A DNA stretch of 58,002 nt, counting the filler, from Asterionella formosa (taxonomy: Eukaryota), in NCBI GenBank assembly GCA_002256025.1. It is 6 parts of 6 records of this genome, joined end to end, with 100 filler letters (N's around TTAATTAATTAA, not from the genome) between each part and the next. Parts side by side here need not be neighbours in the genome. Positions count along the whole stretch, not along the records: positions 9,695 to 19,286 come from NKIB01010433.1; positions 19,387 to 28,971 come from NKIB01010451.1; 4 more parts are not named here. The stretch is one strand, 5' to 3'. Within the stretch, counting starts at the first letter, position 1; each line of letters starts with the position of its first letter. A program made the translations under genes and the position numbers. This document shows positions 10,733-22,302 of this stretch, in pieces. The notes beneath the pieces were generated by a model. The model saw only the letters and a list, made by a program, of their open reading frames with translations, was not told the origin of the DNA and did no database searches.

Positions 10733-12709
10733 ATGCTAAAAGCATTTGGTTGGAAAAAGGAAACAGAATGTTTGAATCTCGGAGTTGATTCATTTCCTGG
10801 TCCTGGTGCGTTTCCAGTACAGGGATTATGGACATCTTCACAGGACTATTCCTTTGTGAATGGTAATGTTGATTCTGATTTTGACACCAACGAGATTAGG
10901 AGTGAACATGGCCAGCTAGAACGTGCAACACTATTCAATGCTGAGCTAGTGGTTGATCCAGAACTTACCAGTGCCTCTGTTGTTGACATTAAAGCAGAAG
11001 AAAGGGTTCAATGTAAACGTCAAGTGCGGACTGCCTTGGTGCTATTTTTGGTAATTGGCTTGTTAGTAACCATCATCGCAAACACTCCCATTCAGCTCAC
11101 AAAATCTAAATCATCATTGGTTGAAACACCCTCATCTACGGGTTCTGAACTCTTGACAAGTCTCACTGGTGTACTTCCCACAGAGTACTTTGGACTCTTG
11201 ACAAGTCTCACTTATCTAGATTTCCACTCCACTACTTTCACTGGCACACTTCCAACAGAGATTGGACTCTTGACAAGTCTCAATTATCTAGATTTTTCCC
11301 TCACTACTTTCAATAGCACACTTCCCACAGAGATTGGACTCTTGACAAGTCTCAATTATCTATATTTGTCCTCCACTACTTTCTCTGGCACACTTCCCAC
11401 AGAGATTGGACTCTTGACGAGTCTCAATTATCTAAACTTGGGCAGCAATACCTTCACTGGCACACTTCCCACAGAGATTGGACTCTTGACAAGTCTCACT
11501 TATCTATATTTGAGAGACAATTCTTTCAATGGAACACTTCCTACAGAGATTGGACTCTTGACAAGTCTCACTCTTCTATCTTTGTACTCCAATACATTCG
11601 ATGGCACACTTCCTACAGAGATTGGACTCTTGACAAGTCTCAATTATCTATATTTGTTTGACAATTCTTTCAATGGTACACTTTCTACAGAGATTGGACT
11701 CTTGACAAGTCTCACTTCTCTATATTTGTCCTCCAATAATTTCACAGGCACACTTCCCACAGAGATTGGACTCTTGACAAGACTCACTTATCTCAACCTT
11801 AGAACTAATACATTCACTGGTACACTTTCTACAGAGATTGGACTCTTGACAAGTCTCACTGCTCTATATTTGGACAACAATGAATTTACAGGAACAGTGC
11901 CAGCTGAGATATTTCCTGGACTTCAGACAAGTCTCATTTACTTAGCATTGGAGAACAATTCATTCAATGGTTCAGTTCCCACAGTTAACTCATTTGCATT
12001 TTATTTCAAACAGGAGCTGAAGGAAAATCTCACAGGCTTCCCGCTCTACGTTTGTTTCTGCATGATCTGCTTGATTATTGCTGATGCAGGACATATCACT
12101 ATGATTCTGTCTGCAATGAAGACTCATTCCTCAAATGCTACTGTGCAAGAAAATGGTTGTGGAGCACTTATGAACTTGGCTTTGAATTTTATAAGCAAGG
12201 TGACGATTGCTGCAGCAGGAGGTATCACTACGATTCTGTCTGCAATGAAGACTCATTCCTCCAATGCTTCTGTGCAAGAGAATGGTTGTGGAGCACTAAA
12301 GAACTTGGCTTCGAATAATAACAAGAACAAGGTGACGATTGCTGAAGCAGGAGGTATCATTACGATTCTGTCTGCAATGAAGACTCATTCCTCCAATGCT
12401 AATGTACAATATCTAGGTAATTCAGCATTTTGGAACTTGGCTGACAATAATGAAAACAACAAGGTGATTATTGATGAAGCAGGAGGTATTCCAACAATTC
12501 TTTCTGCGATGAGGACTCATTCCTCAAATGCTACTGTGCAAGAATATGGTTGTGGAGCACTTTGGAAGTTGGCTTTGAATAATGACAACAACAAGGTGAC
12601 GATATCCGATGCTGGTGGAAAAGCCCTAATTGAGTCTGCTATGCGAAATTACTCATCCAATGCTGGTGTTCAAGAAAAAGGTAATGGAGCACTTTGCAAT
12701 TTGTGGTAA
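10733..12709 (+). CDS. Type II membrane protein: PGAF-motif N-terminus, TM helix, ~11 x 24-aa LRR, then ~5 armadillo repeats
   Basis: 658-aa uninterrupted ORF; TM ALVLFLVIGLLVTIIA; LPTEIGLLTSLxxLxLxxNxFxGT repeats; ILSAMKTHSSNAxVQENGCGALxNLA repeats. Confidence 0.8.
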   Translation: MLKAFGWKKETECLNLGVDSFPGPGAFPVQGLWTSSQDYSFVNGNVDSDFDTNEIRSEHGQLERATLFNAELVVDPELTSASVVDIKAEERVQCKRQVRTALVLFLVIGLLVTIIANTPIQLTKSKSSLVETPSSTGSELLTSLTGVLPTEYFGLLTSLTYLDFHSTTFTGTLPTEIGLLTSLNYLDFSLTTFNSTLPTEIGLLTSLNYLYLSSTTFSGTLPTEIGLLTSLNYLNLGSNTFTGTLPTEIGLLTSLTYLYLRDNSFNGTLPTEIGLLTSLTLLSLYSNTFDGTLPTEIGLLTSLNYLYLFDNSFNGTLSTEIGLLTSLTSLYLSSNNFTGTLPTEIGLLTRLTYLNLRTNTFTGTLSTEIGLLTSLTALYLDNNEFTGTVPAEIFPGLQTSLIYLALENNSFNGSVPTVNSFAFYFKQELKENLTGFPLYVCFCMICLIIADAGHITMILSAMKTHSSNATVQENGCGALMNLALNFISKVTIAAAGGITTILSAMKTHSSNASVQENGCGALKNLASNNNKNKVTIAEAGGIITILSAMKTHSSNANVQYLGNSAFWNLADNNENNKVIIDEAGGIPTILSAMRTHSSNATVQEYGCGALWKLALNNDNNKVTISDAGGKALIESAMRNYSSNAGVQEKGNGALCNLW

Positions 12710-13615
12710 TGATCATTATGATAATGTTTAGGAGGATAAACTAGTATTTATTATTCTAATTACGGAACTGTTATGTTTTGATTATCAATTAGTGTACGTT
12801 TTGTTAAACTGTTAGTTGGAATTTACCTTTATGCTCTTCTTTATTATTGATGTTTCCCTGATTTTGATACATGGTGAGCGATGCTCGTTTTGTAAACTCG
12901 TTCATTTTGCATACAGAAGGATCCATCAACATGGAGATGGAGATGAATAGCACACCGTCACCATCTGGGGGTAGCCGGAATGAAACAAGTCCATATATAA
13001 AATGTATTCGCAACAGCAACAAATCAGACATGATTCCTCGGAGAAAGTGATGAGTGAGTACTGGTACAAGGTACTGGTACCTGGTACCTGTCGTATCCCC
13101 GTCGTGTTGTGTTGAAGTAGGCTCATCTACGTAGTTATGACTCTGAGTCTAACGAGTCAAACGATTCGAATGAGTCCACTTTGATGTACCAAGCTCTCAT
13201 CAACCACACATTATACCTTGTTACTCCGACTATAATGAACCGGACAATATAAGCTATTTCGGAAGACCGATAGTTTGAAAATGAATGATCATGGTTAAAT
13301 ACCTATGATCAGTAAGTGTGAGATAGACATGGGTCTATCTATGATTGTATGTGTCTAGAAATGCAAACAGCATTTGGAGAAAAGTTCGTTTGTTTGTTCA
13401 AACAGAACAACCTAAACTAGATTAGTAAACTCACAATAAGAATATAGAAACGGAAAGAGAAACGAACGTCTCTATCTATAGTCTTCTTTGTCTAACGATA
13501 TAGATCTATACAAAAGGTAATACTTTAACAGTGTTGGTCTACAGGTAGCAGTATGCTGTCTGTCATAAATCTAAATATTCAAGCCATTCCCGCTCCAGCT
13601 ATCATCTTGCCATTT

Positions 13616-14235
13616 GACTCTTGACAAGTCTCAATTATCTAAACTTGGGCAGCAATACCTGAACTGGCACACTTCCCACAGAGATTGGACTCTTGACAAG
13701 TCTCAATTATCTATATTTGTCCCCCAATACTTTCACAGGCACACTTCCCACAGAGATTGGACTCTTGACAAGTCTCGCTGGTCTAGAGTTCAGCTACAAT
13801 TCTTTCACAGGCACGCTTCCCACAGAGATTGGATGGGAAGAAGATGTCAAACGGTTGAAAGCGAATGATCCAAGTTTGACTACACTTTATCTCAGTTATA
13901 ATTCAATTGTTGATGACGGAGCCAAGGCCATTGCAGAGGCTCTCAAGGTCAATACTGTCTTGACTACACTTGATCTCGAATGGAATTCAATTGGTGTTGA
14001 CGGAGCCAAGGACATTGCAGAGGCTCTCAAGGTCAATTCTGTCTTGACTACACTTTATGTCAATGATAATTCAATTGGTGATGACGGAGCCAAGGCCATT
14101 GCAGAGGCTCTCAAGGTCTATACTGTCTTGACAAGACTTGATCTCGATAATAATTCAATTGGTGTTGACTTAGCCATGGCCATTGCAGAGGCTCTCTCAA
14201 GGTCAATACTGTCTTGACTACACTTGATCTCGGAG
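13616..14235 (+). pseudogene. Chimeric LRR fragment: 3 x 24-aa TEIG-LRR fused in frame to 28-aa RI/NLRC3-type LRRs
   Basis: ..LPTEIG|WEEDVKRLKANDPSLTTL..NSIGDDGAKAIAEALKVNTVL; no ATG start, stop in the first unit, 2-bp frameshift near 14195. Confidence 0.75.
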
Positions 14236-14240
14236 ATTCT

Positions 14241-14648
14241 TCAATTGATATTGATAAATATCAGTAGATGATATGTGTGAATCATATACACAATGCCCCT
14301 ATCAACACCATATTTATTACTTTCATGTATAGTGTAATGGTGTATATATTCATTCATTTGCATCTTTGAAAGAATTGTAGCTATCGGAGATGAAATTGAA
14401 GTGGTACTAGCCCCTTGATTATTCCTACGTTCTTGATCGCATTCAGGGCAGCTCGCTTTTACAGTCTTCCAGCCTCCAAATCTCTTCTTTTTGCGAAGCT
14501 GAATGTCTGAGTGATAACAACAGAATCCCTTCCTCATGAGCTCTGCTTGTACACCATGCTCACTTACAATTGGAGCTTCACGCAGATAGTGGGCAGGGGA
14601 AAATGTAGGGGTTATTAGTGCAGCTGAAGGTGAGGCGACATTCCCCAT
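14241..14648 (-). CDS. Small hypothetical protein with MG start and CxxH...CxxC putative zinc-binding motif (possibly truncated)
   Basis: MGNVAS..CCYHSDIQLRKKKRFGGWKTVKASCPEC; the C-terminal part looks non-coding. Confidence 0.5.
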   Translation of the reverse strand: MGNVASPSAALITPTFSPAHYLREAPIVSEHGVQAELMRKGFCCYHSDIQLRKKKRFGGWKTVKASCPECDQERRNNQGASTTSISSPIATILSKMQMNEYIHHYTIHESNKYGVDRGIVYMIHTYHLLIFININ

Positions 14649-14879
14649 GTTGGATTGATTTGAGGATTGTTATACCGGCTGCCTCCTCCGAATTTTACAT
14701 GCTTTGATTTGCCTGATGATTTTTCTTTGTCCTGGTCGTGTTTGAACTACATAATTCTTTAGTTCGTTCACTGCCTCTCGTGGAATTCTAGAGTACATCC
14801 AAGCTCTATGGCTGGTTGCAACCTGAAGATCAATATAGTAGGATACGTTGGCTCTGTATAGATTTTCTTTTGCATTTAA

Positions 14880-16051
14880 GGTTGCGGGCCCGCAGTTACA
14901 CATCGCGAGGTCTGTTTTCTTCCAAAATAATTTTATTATGTACTTTAATATACACAGTACGTACAACTAAATAAAATAGTTTAAGGTTAAATTAGCTTTC
15001 ACCAATACGACCACTTTGCATATGCTTAGATACAGTCATTCCTCGACTTAGGGGTATGATATATATACAGATACCCCTATGTTAAGGACCTCATTTCTGG
15101 AGAGAAGTGGCAGTTATCCCTCTTGGAATTGTAACTATCCAAAAAATAGTCAAAAAAGGGGGCCATAAAGCTTTTAAAAAAATCTACAAGGGACAACTGC
15201 CACTTCTCTGCAGAAGTTAACTCCTGACGTTATAGGGTACACGGCTATCTATTTCATTCTTCATGAAACCCCGTAGATGTAGAGCAATCCTCCTCTAAAA
15301 AGTCGACCCGATCGGCTTTTTCAACAGTCGCCAAAATATTGGAATCAGAATTTGTACGTGGAAAAACGTTCTCGTATACTTGGAGTCTTGCGTAGGTATG
15401 TTTTGCTGAATAATTCTCAGTCCGAAAAGACTCCAGGGTAAGTTCCCGCGTCACTACACATATTCTGATTGGTTGAATTGACTTTATTCACCTGCTTCAG
15501 ATTCGCTGAAGTATCCCGGTGAACCACATGTATTAGATGTTTTGAATCCTGGTTGGCAATATCAGTACTGGTACTACCACCAGTATTACATCCTGTCCTC
15601 AATCATGATGAACCAATATTGTGTACTACTGGTACCTGGCACTCTGAGTACCGAAATACCATTACTCTGGGACTCCGGTACTGGTACTGATTCACACACC
15701 GGTATATACCTTTGTGCGTGGAGTGATATTGAAACTACATTCAGCAACGAAGATTCAATATAAACGTATAAACACGAGCCATGAGCATACATGTTGGCAT
15801 ACTCCTAATTTATTTTTGTTTTGGTGTTGAGTAAAATTATGTCTACATTCAGCAACAAAGAAATAGTATAAATGTTTGAATATCATTTTTTAATGGAATT
15901 CTATCAATCTGGCACTGATTCCATTTTAATCCAAAAATTCAAATGGACACTCGAATCGTGGGAATTCATAGTAGGAAACTCCCTGTTCCACGCTGTTTTT
16001 ACAACCCTAGCGATATTTTCTACAAACTAGGGTTAAGCTGGGGCCGCAACC
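14880..16051. mobile_element. Non-autonomous TIR element flanked by TTAA, with GG..CC termini
   Basis: TTAA|GGTTGCGGGCCC...GGGGCCGCAACC|TTAA. Confidence 0.55.
15072..15239. mobile_element. MITE-like foldback with ~55-bp imperfect inverted repeats
   Basis: TTCTGGAGAGAAGTGGCAGTTATCCCT versus AGGGACAACTGCCACTTCTCTGCAGAA; TACCC...GGGTA ends. Confidence 0.65.
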
Positions 16052-16169
16052 TTAAGGTAATTCAACTATTGATAAAAGATTTCTCAACCAAGTGATGTGT
16101 ATTGATATTTTCAACTGCAATTGGCTTTGGTGTTTGGTTGATGCAGTGGCGATGCTCTAAGGGAAATCT

Positions 16170-16255
16170 CTTCATTGTCCTGGCCCCCCCCCCTTAAGTA
16201 AAATCAGTCAAATTCAGTCACGGCAGTGTACATTGGAGGGTCCAGAACAATGAAG
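16170..16255. repeat. Short inverted repeat / mini-MITE
   Basis: CTTCATTGTCCTGGCCCCCC versus GGAGGGTCCAGAACAATGAAG. Confidence 0.5.
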
Positions 16256-16649
16256 TATATGGTATATGTATGAGCAAGGTTCAAACATAAACTGCTATCG
16301 TATGTCACTCCTTATGTCTTGTACCGGTAGTATCATGGTGGTACCAAGGTACCAGTACCACACCCTCAATCACATACCTGGTACATTCATATTACTCCAG
16401 AAAAAATCATGAAGCATGCCTATTCGATAGTGGCTGAGATTGAAAAGAAGGAAAGATTGCTTTCGAAGAGATAGGAAGACCAAATAGTTGTTCTTCGAGG
16501 ATGAATTACAGTTCCATCAAGTATCGTATTTTGCTTGTTCTCCTGACATCGCTGAAAATGAGGAAGAACTCAGTGATTCTCATTCATTTGATGAACAAAA
16601 TCATGCGATGAATGAGAATGCCAGCGGAAAATGTGTGCCATGGAAACAA

Positions 16650-17495
16650 AAATGAGTGTCCAGGGGAGTAGTACTGGTTTGAGGAGGGGTGGAGAGAGCA
16701 AAGTTGGCAAGCAAAGATGGGGTGTGGGGAAGACCAGCATGTGGTGCAGCGCATGGGTTTTTTTTTGGCAACGACGGCTCTTGGGCGCAGGAGTAGTTCG
16801 TAAGTGACCGGAGGGGAAGGTGACAGAGGACTGGGCAGCATAACAGCAATAACAGCATTGCGGTAGGTGCGAGGGGGTGCTGGAATGATCGTGGGGCAAC
16901 TGGCTGGAGGGGACTTAGGGATAGGGGTAGGGGTAGGGTTTTCAGCAAAGTTAGGGGTAGGGGTAGGGGTAGGGGTAGGGTTAAGCACCCTCAGTGGTTG
17001 GAACATCGCCAGCGATGTGAACGGGCATCAGGATCAGGGATAAGGTGGATGGGGGATGCTGTTGGTGCACCGGGCACCCTCAGTGATGGAATGGGGCTAC
17101 GCAGGAGGGGAGAGGGGTAGGGGGTGAGACCAGCCAGGCGGTGAGAGAATTTCAAGGAGCTGCTGAAGAGCAGCTTTGTGGGTTGCAGTGAGGGGGGCAA
17201 CAGGAGACCAAGTGGTGGGGTGTAACAAAGCATAGGCAATGTCCTGCAAACTGGTTGTGATGAGGTCATGGGAGGAATTACGAGGTAGGTGGACTTTGGA
17301 TGGAAACCACGAGACAGTATGCATCGCAGATTCTGATGGAATGTGGCTGTGTCCCACATCCAGATGCGGTAGCATCGATAGGAATCCACATCAGGGCTGA
17401 CAAACCAGCCATCAAAAGCATGCAGAGCCCATGTAGTTCTGTGTTGGGGCTTGGCATGAACAAGGACCCGACAGCCAGGTGGAGCCAGGGATTGC
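16650..17495 (-). mobile_element. Degenerate Copia retrotransposon fragment (integrase C-terminal region plus Pro-rich linker)
   Basis: LAPPGCRVLVHAKPQHRTTWALHAFDGWFVSP..SYRCYRIWMWDT, TVSWFPSKV..DIAYALLHP; frameshifted; (GGGGTA)n encodes PTPTPT. Confidence 0.8.
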
Positions 17496-17498
17496 ATT

Positions 17499-17665
17499 GT
17501 GAAACATTCCTTGAATTGTGCACAAAATTGCTGGCATTGAATGTGGGACAATTGACAGGAGGTAAACCCATTGGGTCGATTGTATCGTGAAACATTCCTT
17601 GAATTTTGTACACAAAATCGCTGGCATTGAATGTGGGACAATTGGCAGGAGTTACACCCGTTGAC
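17499..17665. repeat. Imperfect tandem duplication, ~88-bp period
   Basis: GTGAAACATTCCTTGAATT...GCTGGCATTGAATGTGGGACAATTG occurs twice. Confidence 0.8.
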
Positions 17666-18870
17666 GAGTTTTTAGCTTTGCGAATGGTGCAATAGACCGT
17701 TTTTGTGTTGGAAGCATGCCCACCTGAACAGGCGATGGCCATCTGTCAACGCAAATTAAGGAAGGTTGGCGTCCCTTCTTTTCAACGAATTAACGCCTTA
17801 CTTATCAAAGCATAAGGCTGATGTGAAGTCATCACCTATTCCGAAAAGAGTGAGTATTGAACCTACTTTTCCTTGCATTTAGATTTTCCTTGTTCATGTC
17901 TCACATTTTGGAAGTTGATTTCAATGCAGAGTTCTGTTGGAAGCGTTGATAAAAAGGTGGACAACGCTGCCGCTCTCTACAAGCGTTTACGAATTCTTCG
18001 TTATGTTTATGGTGTCTCTGAAACTGTGAAGTGAAGTATTGTACAACTTCAACATCTGTGGCAATTGTGTGACATTCCTGCTGATAGGGAGAAGGTAATG
18101 GTGTTTGTTGCACACGCATCAACTTTTGGGGACTTCACAGAACTTTAAGCAGCAATAGCGCCTCGGCCTCAGGGTCAGAATGACTCATACCTATCCTCTG
18201 CTTTTTCTGATGAGGTAAGGACATCCGCTTTCCTTGACCTTTTCTGTTCACAAGCAGTAAGTTGGGACGAGTTGGGTGAGGGTGCGTACAAGAGTTTCTA
18301 TCTCATGTTCAAGAAACTTCGCCAGTCACCTGCCGCTTCGCTTACAGCCAGCGGTACCGCTCTTGACTCTCTATGGCGTATTTGCCTCACGGTCGGCAAC
18401 GAGAATGCTGCAGCTCAATCGATGAAAGATCTCCCTTCTGTGTACGCCGCTATGGCCAGTGGCAACAAGTCTCACAACGCTTGGTCATGTGGACCATGAC
18501 CTATGGTACAGTATGTACAACGCTAGAAATACTATATTAGATGGTATAAGTCCTATATAATGTTAACCTTATAGGCTCTTCTATACAGACCAAATACTTG
18601 TTTACTCTCAAAAAAGAGATTTACACAATACACACTGTGTATGTAGATATACCACGTCAACCCTAATGAAAGGTGTACCCTTTCATATTACGCACATGAC
18701 TACCATGGTACCCATATGTAGTACATATACATCTACACAGGATTGATCATGATTAGTATGTGATGCTATATACTAGCCCATAGTACATATTGCATTATGT
18801 ACCCGCAGGTATTTATGCTACATGATAACTATTGGTGTATAGCTATGTACCTCTAGAATAGACGCATGTA

Positions 18871-19286
18871 TAGTAATTCAATTGGTGTTGACGGAGCCAA
18901 GGCCATTGCAGAGGCTCTCAAGGTCAATACTGTCTTGACTGAACTTAATCTCAGTAGTAATTCAATTGGTGATGACGGAACCAAGGCCATTGCAGAGGCT
19001 CTCAAGGCCAATACTGTCTTGACTGAACTTTCTCTCCAAGGCAATTCAACTGGTGATGACGGAGCCAAGGCCATGGCAGAGGCTCTCAAGGACAATACTG
19101 TCTTGCTTCAACTTGATCTCAATGGTAATTCAATTGGTAATGACGGAAATCTCGGTAGTAATTCAATTGGTGTTGACGGAGCCAAGGCCATTGCAGAGGC
19201 TCTCAAGGACAATACTGTCTTGACTAAACTTGATCTCTATCGTAATTCAATTGGTGATGACGGAGCCAAGGCCATTGCATAGGCTC
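18871..19286 (+). pseudogene. Fragment of 84-bp RI/NLRC3-type LRR array
   Basis: NSIGxDGAKAIAEALKxNTVLTxLxL repeats, one internally deleted unit, TAG near the contig end. Confidence 0.8.
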
Positions 19287-19386
19287 NNNNNNNNNNNNNN
19301 NNNNNNNNNNNNNNNNNNNNNNNNNNNNNNTTAATTAATTAANNNNNNNNNNNNNNNNNNNNNNNNNNNNNNNNNNNNNNNNNNNN

Positions 19387-20175
19387 CAAAATGAGCGACG
19401 GTGGTTGGGAATGGGGTTTTCTCTTGAACAGCGGTCCATTTCCATAGGACTTGGCCATGTACAATTGGGGCTGTCGTTTGGAACGTAATCTTTGTTGTGC
19501 TGGAACAACTTGAGGAATCTCCTGTTCTTGGACCAAGGAACTCCCTACTTCCGGCGGAATGAATTTCTTGTTGTGCACTAATTTCGTTTCAATCGTTGCT
19601 TCATTGGCTTCCTTGCGAATGGTTTCCAGAGGAACTTCTCGACCATGCAGGTTGCTAAAGGTTGCTTGGTACGTAGGATGCTGCCGCGTGGTGGAAGTGG
19701 TGCTCATGATGCACCCAAGAAACACAATGGCTGCTAGAGCCAACCGAAAGGCGAAGCCAATCCACCAAGGTCGAGCCGCGGGTCGCAGTTCGTCCTCGTC
19801 GATAGCGGGTGATCTCAGCACCACAAACGGAACGCTGCTGTTGAGCACGCTGTTAATCCCGTCTGCGGTCCAACTGCGGAATCTGGAATTCCGACTCCGA
19901 GGACTGTTCATCGCGTCACAGGGAGGAGACAAGCTCGAAGCATACAGGGTTCCAGCCGACGTGACATGGCGTGTATGGTATTTCTCGTTGAACGACACTG
20001 GCAGCGGCGTCCTAAAGACGGAAGGAGTGTTGTTGAAGGAGACGGACGAATCATCGCTGTTCTTGTCCTCGCTGCTACTGGATGTCATGTTATCCCACGA
20101 TATACTGGCGACGGGAGCGCTGAGGAAGGCTGGAGGGACTTCCGTGAGAAGGGGAGGTGAAGGATATGTTGACAT
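19387..20175 (-). CDS. Hypothetical single-TM protein, 3'-truncated by contig end
   Basis: ORF of more than 260 aa, Ser-rich N-terminus, TM WWIGFAFRLALAAIVFLGCIM. Confidence 0.65.
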
Positions 20176-20959
20176 CTTTGTCTGATGCTAATACTTAATA
20201 CGGGTAGTTGACATAAATCATTGACAGGAGTGATTGCATGTGCAGGTGATAGCAGACCGATGATAACATCTGAGCATGCCCCAGGTAGTCCCAGTATGTA
20301 CAGTAGGCAAACTACCGGTACCAGGTACTGGTACCCCCCCCCAGTACAAAATGCAACAAGAAGAAGCAAGTCGAAACGAGAACACGAGAGAAGGACCATC
20401 ACTGCATTGCTCCATCCTGTGATGACGTCCGGGATTGCTGGACACATGTTCCATAAGCGCGTAAAAACATTCATATAAACATTTATGGATTTACATATTG
20501 GTTTGGCTGTAGGCGCAGTCATAACCGTTAAGTTATATACTATACATGTATCAATATGACGTTCACATTTTACTATGAAGAAGAATTGGCGAAATTTACG
20601 ACATGATTCAACTGCACTTTATGTATGATATCTGGTGCCGGTAGTCTATCACGAATGAAAGTCAATTCTTGCGTCGCTACCCATGAAATGCACATGCTGT
20701 GCTGCATTGGCATCTAAATATTTCAGAGGCGCTTTACATCTACATCCAGTTGCCATCTTGTATTGAGGCTTGCCGTCAGGATAACCTCAGATCCTTGGTT
20801 TCTCACCCCTCTCCTGAAATAGTGATCATGCCTTCTTCCTATGAACAATAAATTTTTACACATTCATGAAGTGAAATGTGTAAAGTCATAACCTGAGATA
20901 CAAATTCAATTGATCATGCAGAAAAAGTTATTGGTGTTTCAAAATTATTCCCAATATAA

Positions 20960-21570
20960 TAAAACTTTAACTTAATCAATAACTTTTGGAACATATGCTA
21001 AGTAGAATGTTAGATCTAACGGAAATTTATTCACAGACAGAAGCACAAAATGAAAATGGATTTACCTGTCAAAATGAAAGGGATGTTTGTAAAACTAATG
21101 ATGATGATTATGGCCATCCAAAGGGCAGCACCAGCAAAGCCATGTCACAAGATTATGAACAACGCATTGTACAATCTGACCTACAGTATTGCAAATGTGA
21201 TGATGCTAGAAACAGAACAAATCTGGAAGAACTTTCCTGTCAATGAAAAGAAAAGCACCAAGGGGAATTGCAAGCAATACATGATACACAGCCGGTATTC
21301 ATGTCGCTGCATGCATGTATTACTTGTTGGGTCCTGAAGTGGTCGATGACGAGCTGAAAGGAAGAGGCATGCAGAAGAAGGGAAGAGTGAGCAAGAGAAT
21401 AAGAAAATAGCTAGATGGTGTGTTTGCAAAGAAGCTTAATGCAATAGAATGCAAAACAAAAAGCCTGCAAAGTGGACAGTGGCACAAATGAAAACAATGG
21501 CAACATGGTACAAGCGAGCGAGCAGGCATTCTTCCATTGCCAACAATGAAGCAACTTCTACTTGTTAGCC
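20960..21570 (+). mobile_element. Probable decayed DNA transposase C-terminus
   Basis: Frameshifted KWTVAQMKTMATWYKR..LPTMKQLLL resembles tails of diatom DDE transposases as recalled; no catalytic core seen. Confidence 0.3.
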
Positions 21571-22302
21571 TAGTTTACCAGATCAAACCATGACATCACC
21601 ATGATGTGTGGCGACGCTGCAGTACCAGTTGCAACTGTAACCGTGCCACTTTCTTCACCCTTCGGTTGCTCCTAGTACATGACAAGATATGATTGGAGGA
21701 CCACCAATCTAAGAACAAGTGATGCAACGACTACTGCGAAAAAATGCAAGGAGTCGTCAACAAAACTGACAAGATATAATGTGATCACCATCAGTCGATG
21801 AACGATGCAACTACTGCGAAAAAATATGGAAACAATATAATATTTTCTAACTGTCACCTATAAAAATAACTACATGCATGCTAAATGTTTAAAAATGGCT
21901 TTGAGCCATGTCAACCAGAGTATTGTCACTTTTAAAATGGATAGATCTCAGCTAATAAATGCTCAAGTGTAAAAATGATCTATTCCTCATGTAGCTTAAT
22001 GAACTAACTTATATCGTGTCAAAGGGCGAAAGAGGGGATCGATTTTAGCATACATCTAGAATTAGTCGGAAAACGACATAATAACAGGGTTCAAAGCGAT
22101 TTATAACTGGTATGAGAGATGGCTATAATTAAAAACTCGGAGTATTTATTTGTTGCAAACCGGTGTTTAATTAATTGTGTTGCCGGATTTCGTTGGAACT
22201 GGGAATTTCCATGCCAATAAACATAATTGACGTGCTGAAACGACGCTTCAACTCTTAAAACCACAACCCAATATACAAAGAGAAGCCCACAGAAAGAAAA
22301 CA

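Noticed and set aside
11170..11900. Constant-plus-variable 72-bp periodic array resembling CRISPR
   Set aside because: Units are in-frame LRR codons, the variable parts are mutually homologous, and there are no cas genes.
13135..13530. Possible solo LTR ending TTTAACA
   Set aside because: No clear TG start, TSD or second copy in the window.
16915..16985. (GGGGTA)n / TTAGGG-like tract as interstitial telomere
   Set aside because: Lies in the Pro-Thr linker of a Copia pol fragment.
19559..20185. 208-aa plus-strand ORF
   Set aside because: Antisense shadow of the more protein-like minus-strand ORF.
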